A stretch of DNA of 64,000 bases from Mizuhopecten yessoensis (GCF_002113885.1 NW_018406415.1:2348239-2412238); one strand, 5' to 3'. Positions 13,566 to 27,879 are shown, counted from the stretch's first letter. The notes: generated by a model from the sequence alone, not told the origin. Numbers and translations: made by a program.

Positions 13566-14044
13566 TAAGTCAGCAAGTGAAAAGTTTATATTTCATTTAA
13601 CATGCCATAATCTTTTGTCATTGCATGTTCTCCGTTGCCACCCAAAGATTGTGTTATTCAATTCAATTTATTTCCGCAAGTTTTAAATTATTAAAGGTAC
13701 CAACAAAATTAAATCCAACAGGTTTTGCCCATAAATCTTGCAAATCAACTTGTCAAACAATGGAATGGCCATATGAAATCCATGCATATGTGCAATATTT
13801 TATTCTAATATCATGGCGACTGTATTAAACCAGGGACCGAGAAATTGTAACAGCTATATATGGACCTAAACTAGGGTTTTTTGAGTATATGGGTTTAGAT
13901 CGACTTTTGGTTATTTAACAAATTATAATGTTGAGCGAAATCCGGAAAGCATTTTTACCCCAAGGTGTTACTAAACATCGCACAGCTTAGGTTCATACAC
14001 GAGCCAATTTGCAGGTCCGTGCGCTCCATATTGTACAATAGATA

Positions 14045-14087
14045 AAAAGACGACAAACAAAGCAATGAAAGTCTAAATGGTTTTAAT
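14045..14087 (-). terminator. Predicted nanos polyadenylation signal (ATTAAA + GU-rich downstream element)
   Basis: Minus-strand ATTAAA at 14082-14087, followed ~20 nt later by GCTTTGTTTGTCGTCTTTTT. Confidence 0.5.
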
Positions 14088-15089
14088 ACGAGAACCGATT
14101 CAAATATAATATATTCAGCACTAAATCGATCAAATTATTTCTAAACTACTATTTAAAATGTCTCTATGTGCAGAACACCGTGTATATACAAAACTATCGA
14201 TTTTTTTATGGCTCAGTAAATTTGGATGTAAATACCATTGCATACTGATGTAGATGTCATTGATAATGTCAATGTGTACAAAATACATTTCTTTTACAAA
14301 AATATGTTTCACTCGAGAGGAAACATACAATTTCATTGGACAGATGGTAAGAAATGAAATTGCGGAAAAGAGGAAAAAAAATAATGGCTAGTCTTCGGAA
14401 AAAAAGAGGTACATTACGGAAAAAAATTAAACCTGAATATTTTACCATTTTCTCACCTGTCAGGAATGTGAATAAGTTAGTAATCAAATTAATTAATTAG
14501 TTTACAAAAGATATTCTATGTACATGTATTTCAATTAAATCTATTTTATAGCACATAAAATTCTTCATCTTTTAAAAACAAACGGTTATAAATAGTATTT
14601 CTAGGATAAATTACATAATCTACACAAAGTGATGAAAATCAAAAAGTTGTAAAATCAACATGTTTTAAAACAAAAATATTATAATACAAAAAATGTGATA
14701 TACATACAAGGCGACAATGAATATGTGATGTAAATGATAAAAGATCTTAGTTGTCGCAAATCGTTGTTTAATTTGCGTAAAAATGTCATGGAATTGCACA
14801 AGACTTTCTAATATCATATTTCTATATTCCGATAAGTTCATATTACTGGTTCACCTTTTTCATCGTCCAATACGAATTCCATCAATGTATTTAAATCATT
14901 GCAGTCCACATGTTAATCACTGGAATGTTTGTTCAAAGTTCACGATTTTTTTCAGATGTCGCCGATACAATTTCTGAGATGATATTGAATAGAATGTTTA
15001 GGCAATAGTTTCGCACCGTAATTTCAAATTTGTGATTGTTTACATTTTCGATCGCACGCGCCAAATTAGAGCTGAAGTCCGTCCGCTAA

Positions 15090-15794
15090 TTAAGAACTAG
15101 CTCCCGACTGCATCCGGCGTCTTTTACAGGTGCTGCTACGGACAGTGTTTAACAGAGATGACAGACAGGGTGTTGAATTATTGTCAGTTTCCTCGTTCTT
15201 TGGGCAGTATTTGATGGTATGAGCTCCGTCGCCGTTGACCCCACACAAGGGACAGGTGTATTTCCGCAAGATGGGGCAGCTGACTTTACCCTCGTTATCT
15301 TTCAAAACATGGCTGGTGTACACCGATGACGTTTCGCCATTGTTCTTGCAGAAAACGCACACTTTCTTTGCCTTGGCCCGTCGAGCAGCTTTCTTCTTTT
15401 CTTTAAATGCCAGAACTTGCAACACGATCGGATTGCTTTCCCTCTGAATCGCCATCTTATCCTTAGCGGACTCGTGACGCAAATGTACCTGGTAGCTATC
15501 CAAGTCGTCCAAATCTAATTCTCGGCCGTTATGGCGGAACTCATCCATTGAATCAATCCGGATATGGTCCAAATGTTCCTGAGAATTCGAACCGACATCC
15601 CGGTCAAGAAATGTCAAACCAAAACTCAAACAGTCATAGTTGTTATTACTGCTATCACAGTCGCTGCTGCTGTCATCCTGGCAGGTAATTGGCGTCATCA
15701 AATTATTCAAATTCGTCAATAAATCCTTATTCCAGGTAATGTCACTGAGGCCAAAATAATCCTGAAACGGCGCATACTCGTTAACATTCTCCAT
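15090..15794 (-). CDS. nanos: Nanos (tandem CCHC zinc-finger translational repressor), 234 aa, intronless CDS
   Basis: [47 protein letters not shown] is the Nanos zinc finger; N-terminal [11 protein letters not shown] resembles the NOT1-interacting motif. Confidence 0.97.
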   Translation of the reverse strand: MENVNEYAPFQDYFGLSDITWNKDLLTNLNNLMTPITCQDDSSSDCDSSNNNYDCLSFGLTFLDRDVGSNSQEHLDHIRIDSMDEFRHNGRELDLDDLDSYQVHLRHESAKDKMAIQRESNPIVLQVLAFKEKKKAARRAKAKKVCVFCKNNGETSSVYTSHVLKDNEGKVSCPILRKYTCPLCGVNGDGAHTIKYCPKNEETDNNSTPCLSSLLNTVRSSTCKRRRMQSGASS

Positions 15795-15904
15795 GTTTTG
15801 AAAAGATAAGTTTTTTTATCGAACGAGAGCTGTCGTGTTGTCATACAAAAGGCAAGAAAATGAACGTGCATATCGTGTCAAAATGATCCAATATATCTAC
15901 AAGT

Positions 15905-16050
15905 GGGCGGAGTTACAGAGCAGTAATCTCCGGAGCATTCCGCCAATCGCGCACGACTGTAGGTGCTAATTGGTACTGATTGGTCGTACTCGTTTTCTGA
16001 TTGGCTGAACCGTTAGACGTTGTAGAAACATCCAAGCGACATGGCACGTG
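15905..16050 (-). promoter_or_regulatory. nanos proximal promoter: GC box, four CCAAT boxes, E-box
   Basis: GGGCGG at 15905; CCAAT at 15943; ATTGG at 15969, 15979 and 16000; CACGTG at ~16045; 110-250 bp upstream of the ATG. Confidence 0.55.
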
Positions 16051-17858
16051 GGTCGGAAAAGAAAGATGCCGAAATAAATTATATTGCAAAACATACTGAC
16101 TATTATTTTTTTGGAAATCTTCCAAAACTTGACCTTCCCATATTAAATAGTAAGAATTCAAGATCAAATCAAAATTTCAATAAACTTTATTTATTGTGCA
16201 GAATTATGATATAACTTTTATGAACTTCGATTTGTTTTTGTTTTTGCCTGGTTGGTAGACACAGGGACTCTTACTTAGTAATGCGGAAAGAAACAGGTGT
16301 TCTTCTTTAATAGATGAAATCATTATAAAAGGCATTTTGAAGAGTATAAAAAAAACCGGTTAATATCGTTTTGCAATAGTTTGTTTTTTTAACCTTTTTG
16401 CTGCCTCAACCTCAAAATATTTCTAAAAAGTTATCAGAATGTTGTATTCATATTCTTCTCAACACATTTTTTGCTTTAAACTTGATCAAAGTAAAGTTTA
16501 AAGTAGTAATGAATATGTAATATTCCTTAATATCGTTTTCATATCAATAAGGGGACAAAAGAGGCAAAGTATAATTTTTGGATTTTTTTTACTATTGTAC
16601 TTTATTTGCAAATATTTTGTTTCCGACTAAGAAGGAGACTAGAAGTGTGTATAAATAAATTCAATTAACAATGTAACCATCAAATCTGTTTATTAGAAAT
16701 GATTACGATCATCGCTGAAGTACCTAAGTACGTCAAGTTAACTGACCCTTTGATGTGGTCAGCGTCACGAAGCTTCAAATCTGTGACTAAAACATTAGAA
16801 TTGACTAGCGATGATCATATAGAAATTAACACGCCTGTTAGCTCGACATGTCATTCAGACTTATCGGATATCAAAGGCTCGGCCCATTCTTTTCAGTACC
16901 GTTCCGGTATGCTAGCTAGTACAGGTTACATGTACGCCGTTTGACTTGCTCGGTTGTCGACTCCCCGCTGACAGAATACGCCGTAAATCACAGCCTAGTA
17001 CCATTTCATCCTCTGCGGGTACGGAGACTTGGAAGTGACAAGTGATTTTCATCCAAAAATGTATTTGCATATTAAATTTATTTTTGAAACGGAAAACTTA
17101 TTCAATATGAAAATTACCAGAGGTTTCATTTGAGGTCATTAGCGGGAAAAAATATCCTCATAGTACAGAAACTTTGGTAAATTCAGGAAATGTAATGAAA
17201 TAAACTGTCCTCTTTGGGTTGGTACAGACAACTTAAAATTTTACTTTTGTAAGTTTATGAGTCTGAACATGTATCTTAAATTCACCTCAAAATGAGGATT
17301 TTTTTTGATTTTTCCAAAATCACATTCATCCTCACCACACTGCTTAGTATAATATAATCACCAGAATTTTTATATCCCAGATATAATAGTATCTCATAGT
17401 CAAATTATAAACTGAACTGGGTTTATAATGTTAAACAGGATTTATGGTGAATGGGGTTTTAATCATATCTGGGATGTACAATACATTGTTTGTTCAAAAT
17501 GAAAAACAATTTGTGGCGTCTGCATGATATTTATTCAAGAATTGTGATGCGCGTTTGAATCATCTTCTAAATGTTATTTATATAGACATCTTCAGTGTCG
17601 ATACTTATAATATTCATTTATATCTAGTAAATCTGGACGTTGTCATGGGGTTTAGGGGGTCATCGAATGTGTTCATCTTGCGACAAAAAAATAATATAGA
17701 AGATGAGATACATTTAATTCTTACTTGTGCTGCTCAATTTGAACTGAAAAACCCCACACTTTGAGCGATATTTCCACCAACGCCCTAGTATGTATAAGTT
17801 AATCGAATTGTTGTCACGTAAAAATTTAAAACATTAAGAAATTTAAACTAAATTAAAT

Positions 17859-17883
17859 CAGAGACGTATATTATACGTCTCTG
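17859..17883. mobile_element. 25-bp CAGAGACG palindrome with 7-bp TSD (P-like footprint)
   Basis: ATTAAAT|CAGAGACGTATATTATACGTCTCTG|ATTAAAT. Confidence 0.85.
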
Positions 17884-20479
17884 ATTAAATTACATTTACG
17901 GTATGCTACCGCCAAAAAAAACACCTCGTGTATTGATATTGCTGAAGTATGTATCTAATATTGTGTGATAAATGCTACCATGGAATGGTCCTCGGTCGTG
18001 TATTATGTATACATTTAACCTATATGCTGTATTATTTCAATCGGAAATTATAAACAAATCTTGAAAACGTAAGTCAAAATTTATCATTTTTTTAGCATGT
18101 TATAAATATATAGTATTAAAAACATGTTTATTGAACATCCGACATCCGGCATTTTTATGAATTACTCAGTTAAGCAGAAGGGTGTAGACTACCAAAGCCC
18201 GATGGTATTTCGGAGGTTCCATAAGTAGTTATCCTCGCAGGTAGTATTTGCTGAAAATGATACCAAACATCTCGTGCGGTGTTAATCAGGAATGACAGAC
18301 TTAGATAAAAACAGCGGTGTAACTCGCGACACGACAGATATAATAGCTTCACAAATAATCAAATGTTAGTTCTTGTTTATTTGCAGAACACTCTGACAAA
18401 TTGTCCAGCATCTTGTTGTATTCTTATTTGTATATTTTACATCGTCAATAAAAATGGCGCTCGCTAATCTACAGGGATAAAGTCAAAGTTCATAAAAATT
18501 CGCGTGATTTTTATTTCAGCGAAAATGTACATGACCGTCAATTCAAGATATTAAATTGTTTCCAAAACAAAAGGATTAGACTTCTTACATTCTTTTACAG
18601 TAACGTCAATTTACAAGGGGTTAATTTGCATTGCAATAATGTGGAAAATTCAGTAAACTAATCAANGGGGGGACAGAGAATAATTGACAATATACACATT
18701 TTTTATGGAATATACGCAAACATGTCGGTTTTACCTTCAAAAAAGTAGTACATAGAGACAATTCTATAACTAGTTGTAAAACGAAAAGTCCACATCGATA
18801 ACCTTTGTATTACGTCAATTGTAAAAATGAAATAAAAATTATGAAGAATATTTTCATAATTATTATGTCTTTATTTCACGTATGAATTTCCGGATTAAAT
18901 TTTCTCCGGAAATTTTGGTAAGACAAGGAGGATCAGAAAGGCATTTAATGAGTAATTTCCTTTGAATAGTTGTCACGTCGATAAAAACGCTGGACGGAAA
19001 GATGTGAAAATATTCTAATATACTTTTTTTTTAAACTCTTCAAGCATCACCATTGTATTCAAGAACATTCGTTCAAACAAAAGAAAATAAGAAGTTAAAA
19101 ATCTTGTGATCTTTATTCTCACACGGAAAAGTAGCGTGTAGTTTCGATAAAATAGTATACGCAGCGGCGTTTAGAATAAATAAGGGTGGTCAGCAGATTG
19201 GTTTCGTTTTTAAAATTCAGAATGAAAGAAACCCTTCGTTCGTGTTTGGACAAACTTTACTCAACGTTCACACATATTTAAATTAACGGATTTAAACTCA
19301 TAATCTTTTGTATTTGCCTAAACAAACATCCTTTAATTAATTCACCCGTCGCGTGAGCACGCGAAAAAGGGGCATTATTTTTATGGATAGGACTAAATAC
19401 TTTTCGTTTATTGCTAAACATACATACTCACCAATTGTTTTGGACCGAAACAACAAATACATGTATGTAATATCAATAAGCTGAATTGCTTACGATGATA
19501 AAATAATTGAACAAGTAATTTTGCCCCCCGCCGGTCAGTCTGCTCAAATCAAATACGGCGTAATTGCAGTTATTATGCTATAAATCCAAGATCCGGTGCT
19601 TCATGCATATAATTATAAAATCTCTAAAAATACACACATATATATTTTTTTTCAATTATGCTGCATTCTTTTAAACTCATTTTTTTGCCGTGTCAAAATA
19701 TAATGTAATATAAAAATGACATTTTTAAAGCAGAGACTTGAAGTATAAATCCTTGTTAAAGATGCTCGAGATTTGGAATCAAATTAAAATGTGAGAATAT
19801 GGGAATACATTATTTGTCCGTTCACTTAATATATAAGCAAGATTTCATTCGACCAAATGTCATCAAAAACAAATCTTACAATTGTATCTTTGGCATCAGA
19901 AATCTTAAGCAGGAGAATTTCGATGAGTAAAGTAGAAAGACACGAGACGTGTCTAATATTTTTCTTATTCATTTCTCTTTGATTATTTTTAAAACGTAAA
20001 TGCTTCTTTGCATATATTCGTATATACTTCAGGGTTTCGACAAAACCTAGAATCAGAATTAATGTATAAAACGTCTGACAATTTTTATGCATAATTAGTA
20101 TTTAATAACACTTCCTGCAATCCCAAACCCCAATCCGTACCCTGATAAAAAGAACTATCACGATCTCCTCTTTATCGTCTTTCCTCCTCTTCCCCTTCCC
20201 TCTCACATTAGAGTACATTTAGGCACCCCTCCTCAAAAAACTAAGGTATGTGTTAAAATATTACCAAGAATTATCTGGAACTTTAAGTGTTTCTTTGCCG
20301 AGGTAAGCTCGCTTACCATATGATTTTTTTTTCTTTTTCAAATTAGCCTTTTATAGCAAGTTCCTTTCAAAGTGAAGTGGTTTTACATGCATTTTAATTA
20401 ATATTTATTCTCTCGTAAGGTTGGCTTTCGTCATGTGCTTTATGTTGTATCACATAATGTGCTGTGTTATTCAGTGAAT

Positions 20480-20516
20480 CAGAGACGTATATACTATATG
20501 GCTTAATATGTCTCCG
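20480..20516. mobile_element. 37-bp CAGAGACG element with 7-bp TSD
   Basis: AGTGAAT|CAGAGACGTATATAC...ATATGTCTCCG|AGTGAAT. Confidence 0.8.
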
Positions 20517-20584
20517 AGTGAATCAATTGTTTCAATTATGACGTCACGCCTAGGACAAGTACATGCCATCAGACTTACGCACTT

Positions 20585-20757
20585 GGCCCAGTTGTTCAAA
20601 AGGTGATTAACTTTAGAACGCAACTATTGAATTAGTTACAACTTTTCAGATATCAAATATTTACTAGAGTGATACCTTTTTCATTAACGGAATTATTAGA
20701 GGTTAACAAATGTCGTTCAATACTGATTAAGCTATCCACCTTTTGAACAACTGGGCC
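20585..20757. mobile_element. PIF/Harbinger-like MITE
   Basis: TIR GGCCCAGTTGTTCAAAAGGTG / CACCTTTTGAACAACTGGGCC; 3-bp flanks ctt/ctg. Confidence 0.7.
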
Positions 20758-22415
20758 CTGGAGTCAAAATGTCTGCTTTATACATTTCAAAGTTGCATAA
20801 AAAACAACGTTTTACACGAATAAATACAACAAATCTTGATTATGTGATAAAAAGGACCTTACACTCGTTTTCATTTCATATAAAATTAATTTTAGCTTGC
20901 TAAATTGAAAAAAAATCTTGACGAGTTTCATAAATCTCATATGAAATTGAAACTCATGTAAGATCCTATATGATATACATTCTATGCGGCAGAGACAGAT
21001 AACGTTAGAAGCAGCCAATAATGTAGGTGACTTTTTAAAGATATTGCTCATTAGTAATACCACGGAATTAGATTACCCAAGTCCGTGGTATTACTTGTGT
21101 CTGTTTATTCCGTCAAAAATATCTAATTCAAAACTGATTTTTTTTAAATTAAATAATTTAACATTTTTATCGAGCTTAATTATCTTTCACCTAGCGTGAC
21201 GTCATATTACGAACAGGGGAAAAAATACGGTAATTTTCGGCCTGTCGCGTGAGAATCCGAGTCAAACTTTCTGTAACCCCGTAGATAAACATCCTTTCCC
21301 TTTTCTCACGAGTTTGATTAAGTACGGAGTCATTAAGACCCCCATTCCTTTAATGTTATATTACGGTAAGTACCCTGTGGAGTAAAGGTGTGTATAATTA
21401 TCACAGGTGATTACAGGTAAAAGATTTATAACAGGTGTACCCGGCTGTCCAGACGCCATGGCTCGATTTCAATAAATTTCATCATTCGTGTTGATTTAGT
21501 GATTTATATCACCAACAGTCCGTGGGAGGGGTGCAACCATTTTGTGTACCGTACCAGGGGCGAAATATTATGTTAAGTTACAGCCAGTAAATACCCCCTA
21601 ATGAGGTCATAGGTAACATTTGCACCTGTGTATATCACCTGAATATGGAGGGTGACAAGAAGAAAATTTATGGCTCTACAAATTGTTTGCATTTCAGATC
21701 GGTCTCAAGTACTGGTTATGATCTAGTTGTCATTTGTATTTTTCTATATTGTTTTATTCATGTGAACGAGTGTTTAGAAATGAACTTTGACCTCTAAGAT
21801 GAAAGTGGTTAACCCACTGATCGGGTTATGATCAAAGAAACACATTGGGCCGTTACAACCATCGGCCGTCTATGTAACAAATGAACTATCAAAACATTAT
21901 CACATTATAAACAAATTCTTTTATTTTAATTGTATATTTTCATTAAACAGGCTCTTGAACAGACTACCGTTACAAATAATCAAGTCCCTGTGAAACCAAG
22001 ATGCTTTACTTCTGTAAAAACCTATTTTTTACTACAGGCATTTCCATTTGTTATTTAAATATGTAAAACATTATATAGTCTTCATAACATAACCATGACA
22101 TCATAGTAGGGTAGAGAAAACTTTTTTTCATATTCTTACTTTTGATTAAGACGTTATGTTTATTTACCAGAAGAAAACTTCCGTGTACAATTTATATGGT
22201 TTATGGTATTATGCACTGTTTCAATCATGATGATCAAATGCTGGTCTTGACTGAATGGCTTATTGATGACATTAATACCGTCCTTGTTCAGGTTATAATA
22301 AGTCAACATTGATAAATATCTTTTATCTACATCACGTACCCAGCTACACTCAGATAATATATTGCTAATCTACTTGTATAAATGCAGTACCCGTAAGTGA
22401 CCCTGTCTATTTAAG

Positions 22416-25400
22416 ATGGCGGACTTCACAAGTTATGTCAGCGTGGCTGTATTTTTACTTTGTGTGGTTTCCCGTTCGTGTAACGCACAAGCGGTGAATG
22501 CATGTCCGAGTTACGCGTGTAATCCACGCGGGACAAATTCTTACACGCTCAGTTCCCCCAACTCGTCACAAAACGCTTACGTCGCATGGAAGACAGATTT
22601 CTTCATTGGCCCTCTCCCTAACACTTTGGGTTGTGTTGGAAACCCAAATAACATCGTATGCCAGTCAAACGGACCAAAGGATGTGTACGTATAATTCGTA
22701 ACTCAATTCATTTCAATATTTTATCAGTTTTATCTTTCAATTTTCTTTCTATAATCGGGAGAGAAAAAAATCAAAATTCATATATCTTATCAAATTATTT
22801 AATCTTATAAAACTGTTTAAAAATATCAGATTTCTGTAAAATGTAAGTAACGATAAAGCATTTCAATACTCAATTTCTTTCCAAAGATATTTATTCGCCG
22901 AATAAGTTACTAATTATTTAAGATTCCTGGTTATAATATGGCAAATACCTTAGACACCATGCTCACATTTTACGACAGTCCACTTTTCTTAAAAAGTTTT
23001 TGTTTCCAAAAAGTTTTTGTTTCCAAAAAGTTTTTGTTTCCAAAAAGTATGCTTTCCTTTCGGGGAAATATGAGTTATGGAAAAAGAAGAGATAAGGTAT
23101 TTCCTGCATAGGGAAATAGACTCATATTGCATGTAATTTCAACTTTTTTTCTTCACCAAGGAACCTACAAAGAAAACCACCTCACCAAATAATATCTGAA
23201 CAAAAATGTAGATCGTTGGTGAGAAAAAAACATAATTATATTGATTTGTTATAGGGTTTCTGATTAACAAAATGATTAAGAAACAACAATACAATTATTG
23301 CCTTTTAATGAGATCCATACAAAGTTTTATCAACCCAAGAATGAAAATAAACCGAGTAAAATATCCTGTATAAGACCGTATATATTGACCTCACAAAGGC
23401 GATAAGATGATATAGATACTAGTCGGTGTACGCTGTTTATTGATAACAGTCTTCTTAGAGGTATACGACACAGATGTAATATGTAGAACAAATACAAGAT
23501 ATGATCACAGGGGCTAGACACTACGACCTACAGGGCTATATCTTACATCATGTGACCAGCCCCTGTGCTTGTTTTTCCAAGTTGGTATAAGCGCATGCAG
23601 GAATAATTCACGTTTGAAAATCTAGAGCACGATATTTATTTTATGTTTTATAAATACTATTTACGAGGTATAAAATATCATTAGGCAGTAATTTGAAATC
23701 CACCTGCTTATTCAAAATGTATCTCAAATGACTTTCCGTTTCATGTCATTTTTATAAAAGGCGAGCGTCAGACTTATAAAAATCACAGAGTAAAAATCAG
23801 ATGCCTTTTGAAATTATTTATACGGACACATTTGTCAATTATTTGACTAGAACTACTGAAAATGCATTGGGTTTTTTCGGCGCAAACACATGACGTCATT
23901 TGATTTAAGACGTCATAGTACAGTTTTCGAATTAATTGCCCTGTTCAATACATTACTATGCGAATTTTCCCTAAAACTTGCCAACTCCATCCATCGTCGC
24001 CATTATTTTTGACTCCATTAAACCATTATCATGCGCAAGTGCGGATACTGTGGGCAAACCAATTTTGTTGTAACTTGTCTAACAATCAAAACGTCCAATG
24101 CGAACATTGAAACCAGTTTTCAGCTGTAAGTCTCTTCAAATGTTCTCCAAATCGTAGACAAAATAGTGTTTTTCATTAATTTATAACGGCAACAAGAAAT
24201 TCGGTTTGAGCTCAAAATCCATGCTTGAGCATGAGAACGGTTTCATGAATATGTCTAGTATCAATGTGACGTTACAATACCATGACGTCATGTATTTTGT
24301 CTTAATTCTGACGTCACAGTGGATATTTTTACATGAGATGATACTCGCACTATATGACGCATAGCTCACTAACACGGATTTCATGAGTTATAACACGGAA
24401 TAAGATTGTTATCCACGACCGTGGTTATCAATAGTAGATATGATATTAGTTCTGTTCAAACCCTACAAAGCTCACACCGCCGTGAAGGACGTTCTACAGA
24501 TTACACAAGTGGTATAAACAAACAAATATACGCACGTTATCAATTGCGCATAGAACGTAGGTATCGTCAGGCGAAGTCCCTAAGAAAAATACTTTAAATT
24601 CAAAACGAGCTCCACGCGAGCAATGATGAGATTCATAAATATCATAAAATGGAATCGATTGTAAAGACTCTGTTTATCATACGATGAAGATTTTTTCCTA
24701 AAATTATTTTCAGACTGTCTTTTAAATTTTTGACTGTCAACCCTTTTGTGACGTCTCATCGCAGTTCGAAAGTTGTGATGTCGTGGATTTGTCTTAGTTG
24801 TGACGCCACAGTGGAACCAATAATTAGTGGAACCATTTAATAGTTCCACCAAACTTACAGCCATACACTGCCAAGCAATAACCTAATAGGTCTGAGGAAA
24901 CGACCGCTAGTTATCACATTACCGCACTCATGATTCGTAGGATACTCAATGTCTGTAAAACGGTAAGATGATTCCATATCAAGATAAAAAAAAATGACGC
25001 CTGTTGCTGTTTAATTCTTTAGTGTGACATCGCGTATCTAGTTATCAATTGAGTTTTGATTTTAACCTTAAAAACTTCTAATAGAACTCCGAACACATCA
25101 GTTCAGGACAAAAACAAACCAACTGTAACAAATTCCCAGGTCCCTGTGGATAAACCGTTCCCAACTCCTCATTGTAACGTTTCCAGGGGTTACATCAGCC
25201 TAGACGTCGGAACTGGGTCCCTCGAATGGGCCAGCAGCCTCCTCCGGTTCCCCGTTCTTCCCATCATGGATATTTTCGGTGACATCATAGGCACGGATGG
25301 ACATTATCTCGTCAAGATTGAGGATAGCGGGAAAACGTTTTCGCCAATTAAAATCGCGGACGTGTTGTTCCCGATGTACAGGTAACTATTATAGGACTGT

Positions 25401-27836
25401 TATTTTCGCGGGCATTTTAGACTTTAACTGATCACAAAAATGTCTTGGGTGATACAGAGACTGGATGTATACGTCTATGGTCGGTAGACAGGCCAGGCAG
25501 TTGTTTTCAACATTGTACTAATATTTGAAAGAGTTTAATATCTAACACATTTTTTGAACTTCAGCAGTAAATTTTAATCGATCATCACGAGTCGAGTTGA
25601 ATATTCTGTTTCTTTCGGAAGTCGGGACCCTGTGAAATTACCCAAACTATGAATTGCAGAATGGAATCAGATTATCCTTAGTCTGTGAGTTCATGCCATA
25701 TCAAGTGGTGAGCTTGTAACAACTATGGGAGAAATTGCCGACAGCAGGCACTTGTGTGTAACAAGGAAAATGTCGTTTGAAATTAATGAAATATTCGCTT
25801 TATATCATTAATATGATTTTCTACTGACAGTCTACTGATATCAGCCAATAGTTTGATTCTACTGGTGTCCAAGAGCGGGGCTGTCATTGTTTACGAAACA
25901 GGTAAGAAATAAACAAGAAATCGAGTTTAGACAAACGAAAAAAAACCACCAGGTAATAAGTAATAACCGGTCCGGAAACTGACCGCCTTTAGATCTATTA
26001 ATGCCGCGCATGGAGGACAGTCAGGTCCCGGACCGATTCTCTCTTTTTTTTTATCATTTTCATCTTCTCTATGTTTTAATTTCCATTATCTAATGTCAAG
26101 AACCATTGGTTACAATGGAAAGAGGTATTCTCATAAATTTGGATTTCAAAAACGTGAAGGTAAAATAGAAATATTCGGAATTTTGAGGTTATGAGTCCAA
26201 ATTTAAGATGAATTGTATATATTTTTTTGAGTTTCTCAAGTCAACATTTCTTGATTTCTTTTGAAGATTAAATAACTTTTTTTTATTTGCTCAAGTCCGA
26301 TATTTCTTTAATCAATGCATATGTGTTCGTTAAATCGAGAATCGAGAATTATAAGATAGACTTATAAAATTATACATCGTGCTTATTTTAATGTCTGTGG
26401 TAGGACAGCGTCTAGATAAAGTTTTGCATACCCCTAATAATGTTTTTCAATTTGAAGGACAGATTGTATATTAATTAAGTGGTAATTAACGTGGTTTTAA
26501 TAATTCAAAGCTTTTATGGCATCCAAGAATATTATGTCAGTTAATCATATGTTTACTAATAATAACACCCTTTTTGTATGTGTAATAAGTATAAAATTTC
26601 CACAAGTTGATATCAGCCCGGGTGATATCCCCCCCCCCCCCCCCTTGAAAGTGATATCACACCCCTAGAAAAGTGATATCATACCCCCTAGAAAAGTGAT
26701 ATCACACCCTCTAGAAAAGTGATATCACCCCGCCCCTAGAAAAGTGATATCACACCCCCTCCCAAATTTCCGGATTTTGCCGCTTCCGCTAAATGCTGTC
26801 TACTTTTAATGTAAACAAACGAATTGTTGGCATGGAATAACTGCGGTTTCATGGAATATAATTTAAAGATTAATTTACAAAGCCCCACCCAAATTTCAAT
26901 AACCATATCATTTTGTAGGAATTTGGGAATTTCTAAATGTTGACTTTTTACATTTATAATTGTTACTGTTTTGTTTATATACATCATTGTTTTTGTTACC
27001 ATTTTTATGAATATAAATAAAATAATTTTGTTTTTAAATTTTATTTTGAAAGAAAAAACATGATAAAAAGTTTATGATATGACAATTTTGATATCACACC
27101 CCCAATCAGCCCTGAGTCCTAATATCAGCCCTCTGTACTATAAAAATGGACATATAATAATTTCTTAATACCATACAAAGGCGACCTGCTTCTATTTTTT
27201 TTAAAGAATTTTCCATCTTAATTTAACTACAAACTTATGCCCTCCTAGTTTGAAAGTAAGTCCAGAATCAGACATCCAAGTGATCAAAATTAAATTAAAT
27301 TAAAGTCTTATTTCTACTGAATGATTCAACATCCAGAGAGGGAACCAGTCTATGCATGGACTGTCCCTGGCATATCATAATACTTTTATTTCGTGCATAA
27401 TTTCCTCTCGCGGTTGCGGATGTTGGGAGTGTTGCTTTGTTTACACAACCTGTTGATCAGTTCCTCAGGCGGTGCCNCCCCCCCCCCCCCCCCCCTGCTC
27501 CGTATTACGTAGACTATAAACATAAACAAAAGCGCTGACCTGTATTACTTGGGAAAACCCAGTCACTAGACACGAACGAAAATATAAACTATTAATCGTT
27601 ATCTCAGGCTCACTGTGTACAATTTTGATATAGTGGGAGCACAGGGACCTGGTAATTTGTTACAGCTATATTTGGACCTAAATTAAGGTGTTCAGTGTAA
27701 TTGTACATGCATTACGGGTTTAGATCGACTCTCGGTGTCATTTTTACCGAAAGTCGATCTTAAAACCCTTAAACATGTAAATTTACACTGTACACCTTAA
27801 CCTTAGTTTAGGTCCAAATATAGCTGTAACAAATGN

Positions 27837-27879
<43 letters not shown>

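Noticed and set aside
17640-17830. ORF containing IEDEIHLILTC (similar EYHFVMKCPLY near 36085)
   Set aside because: Tiny decayed 3' fragments of the same LINE type as 10605-11666, not host genes.
25455-25479. Sixth CAGAGAC...CGTCTATG footprint
   Set aside because: The arms are degenerate and there is no matching 7-bp TSD.
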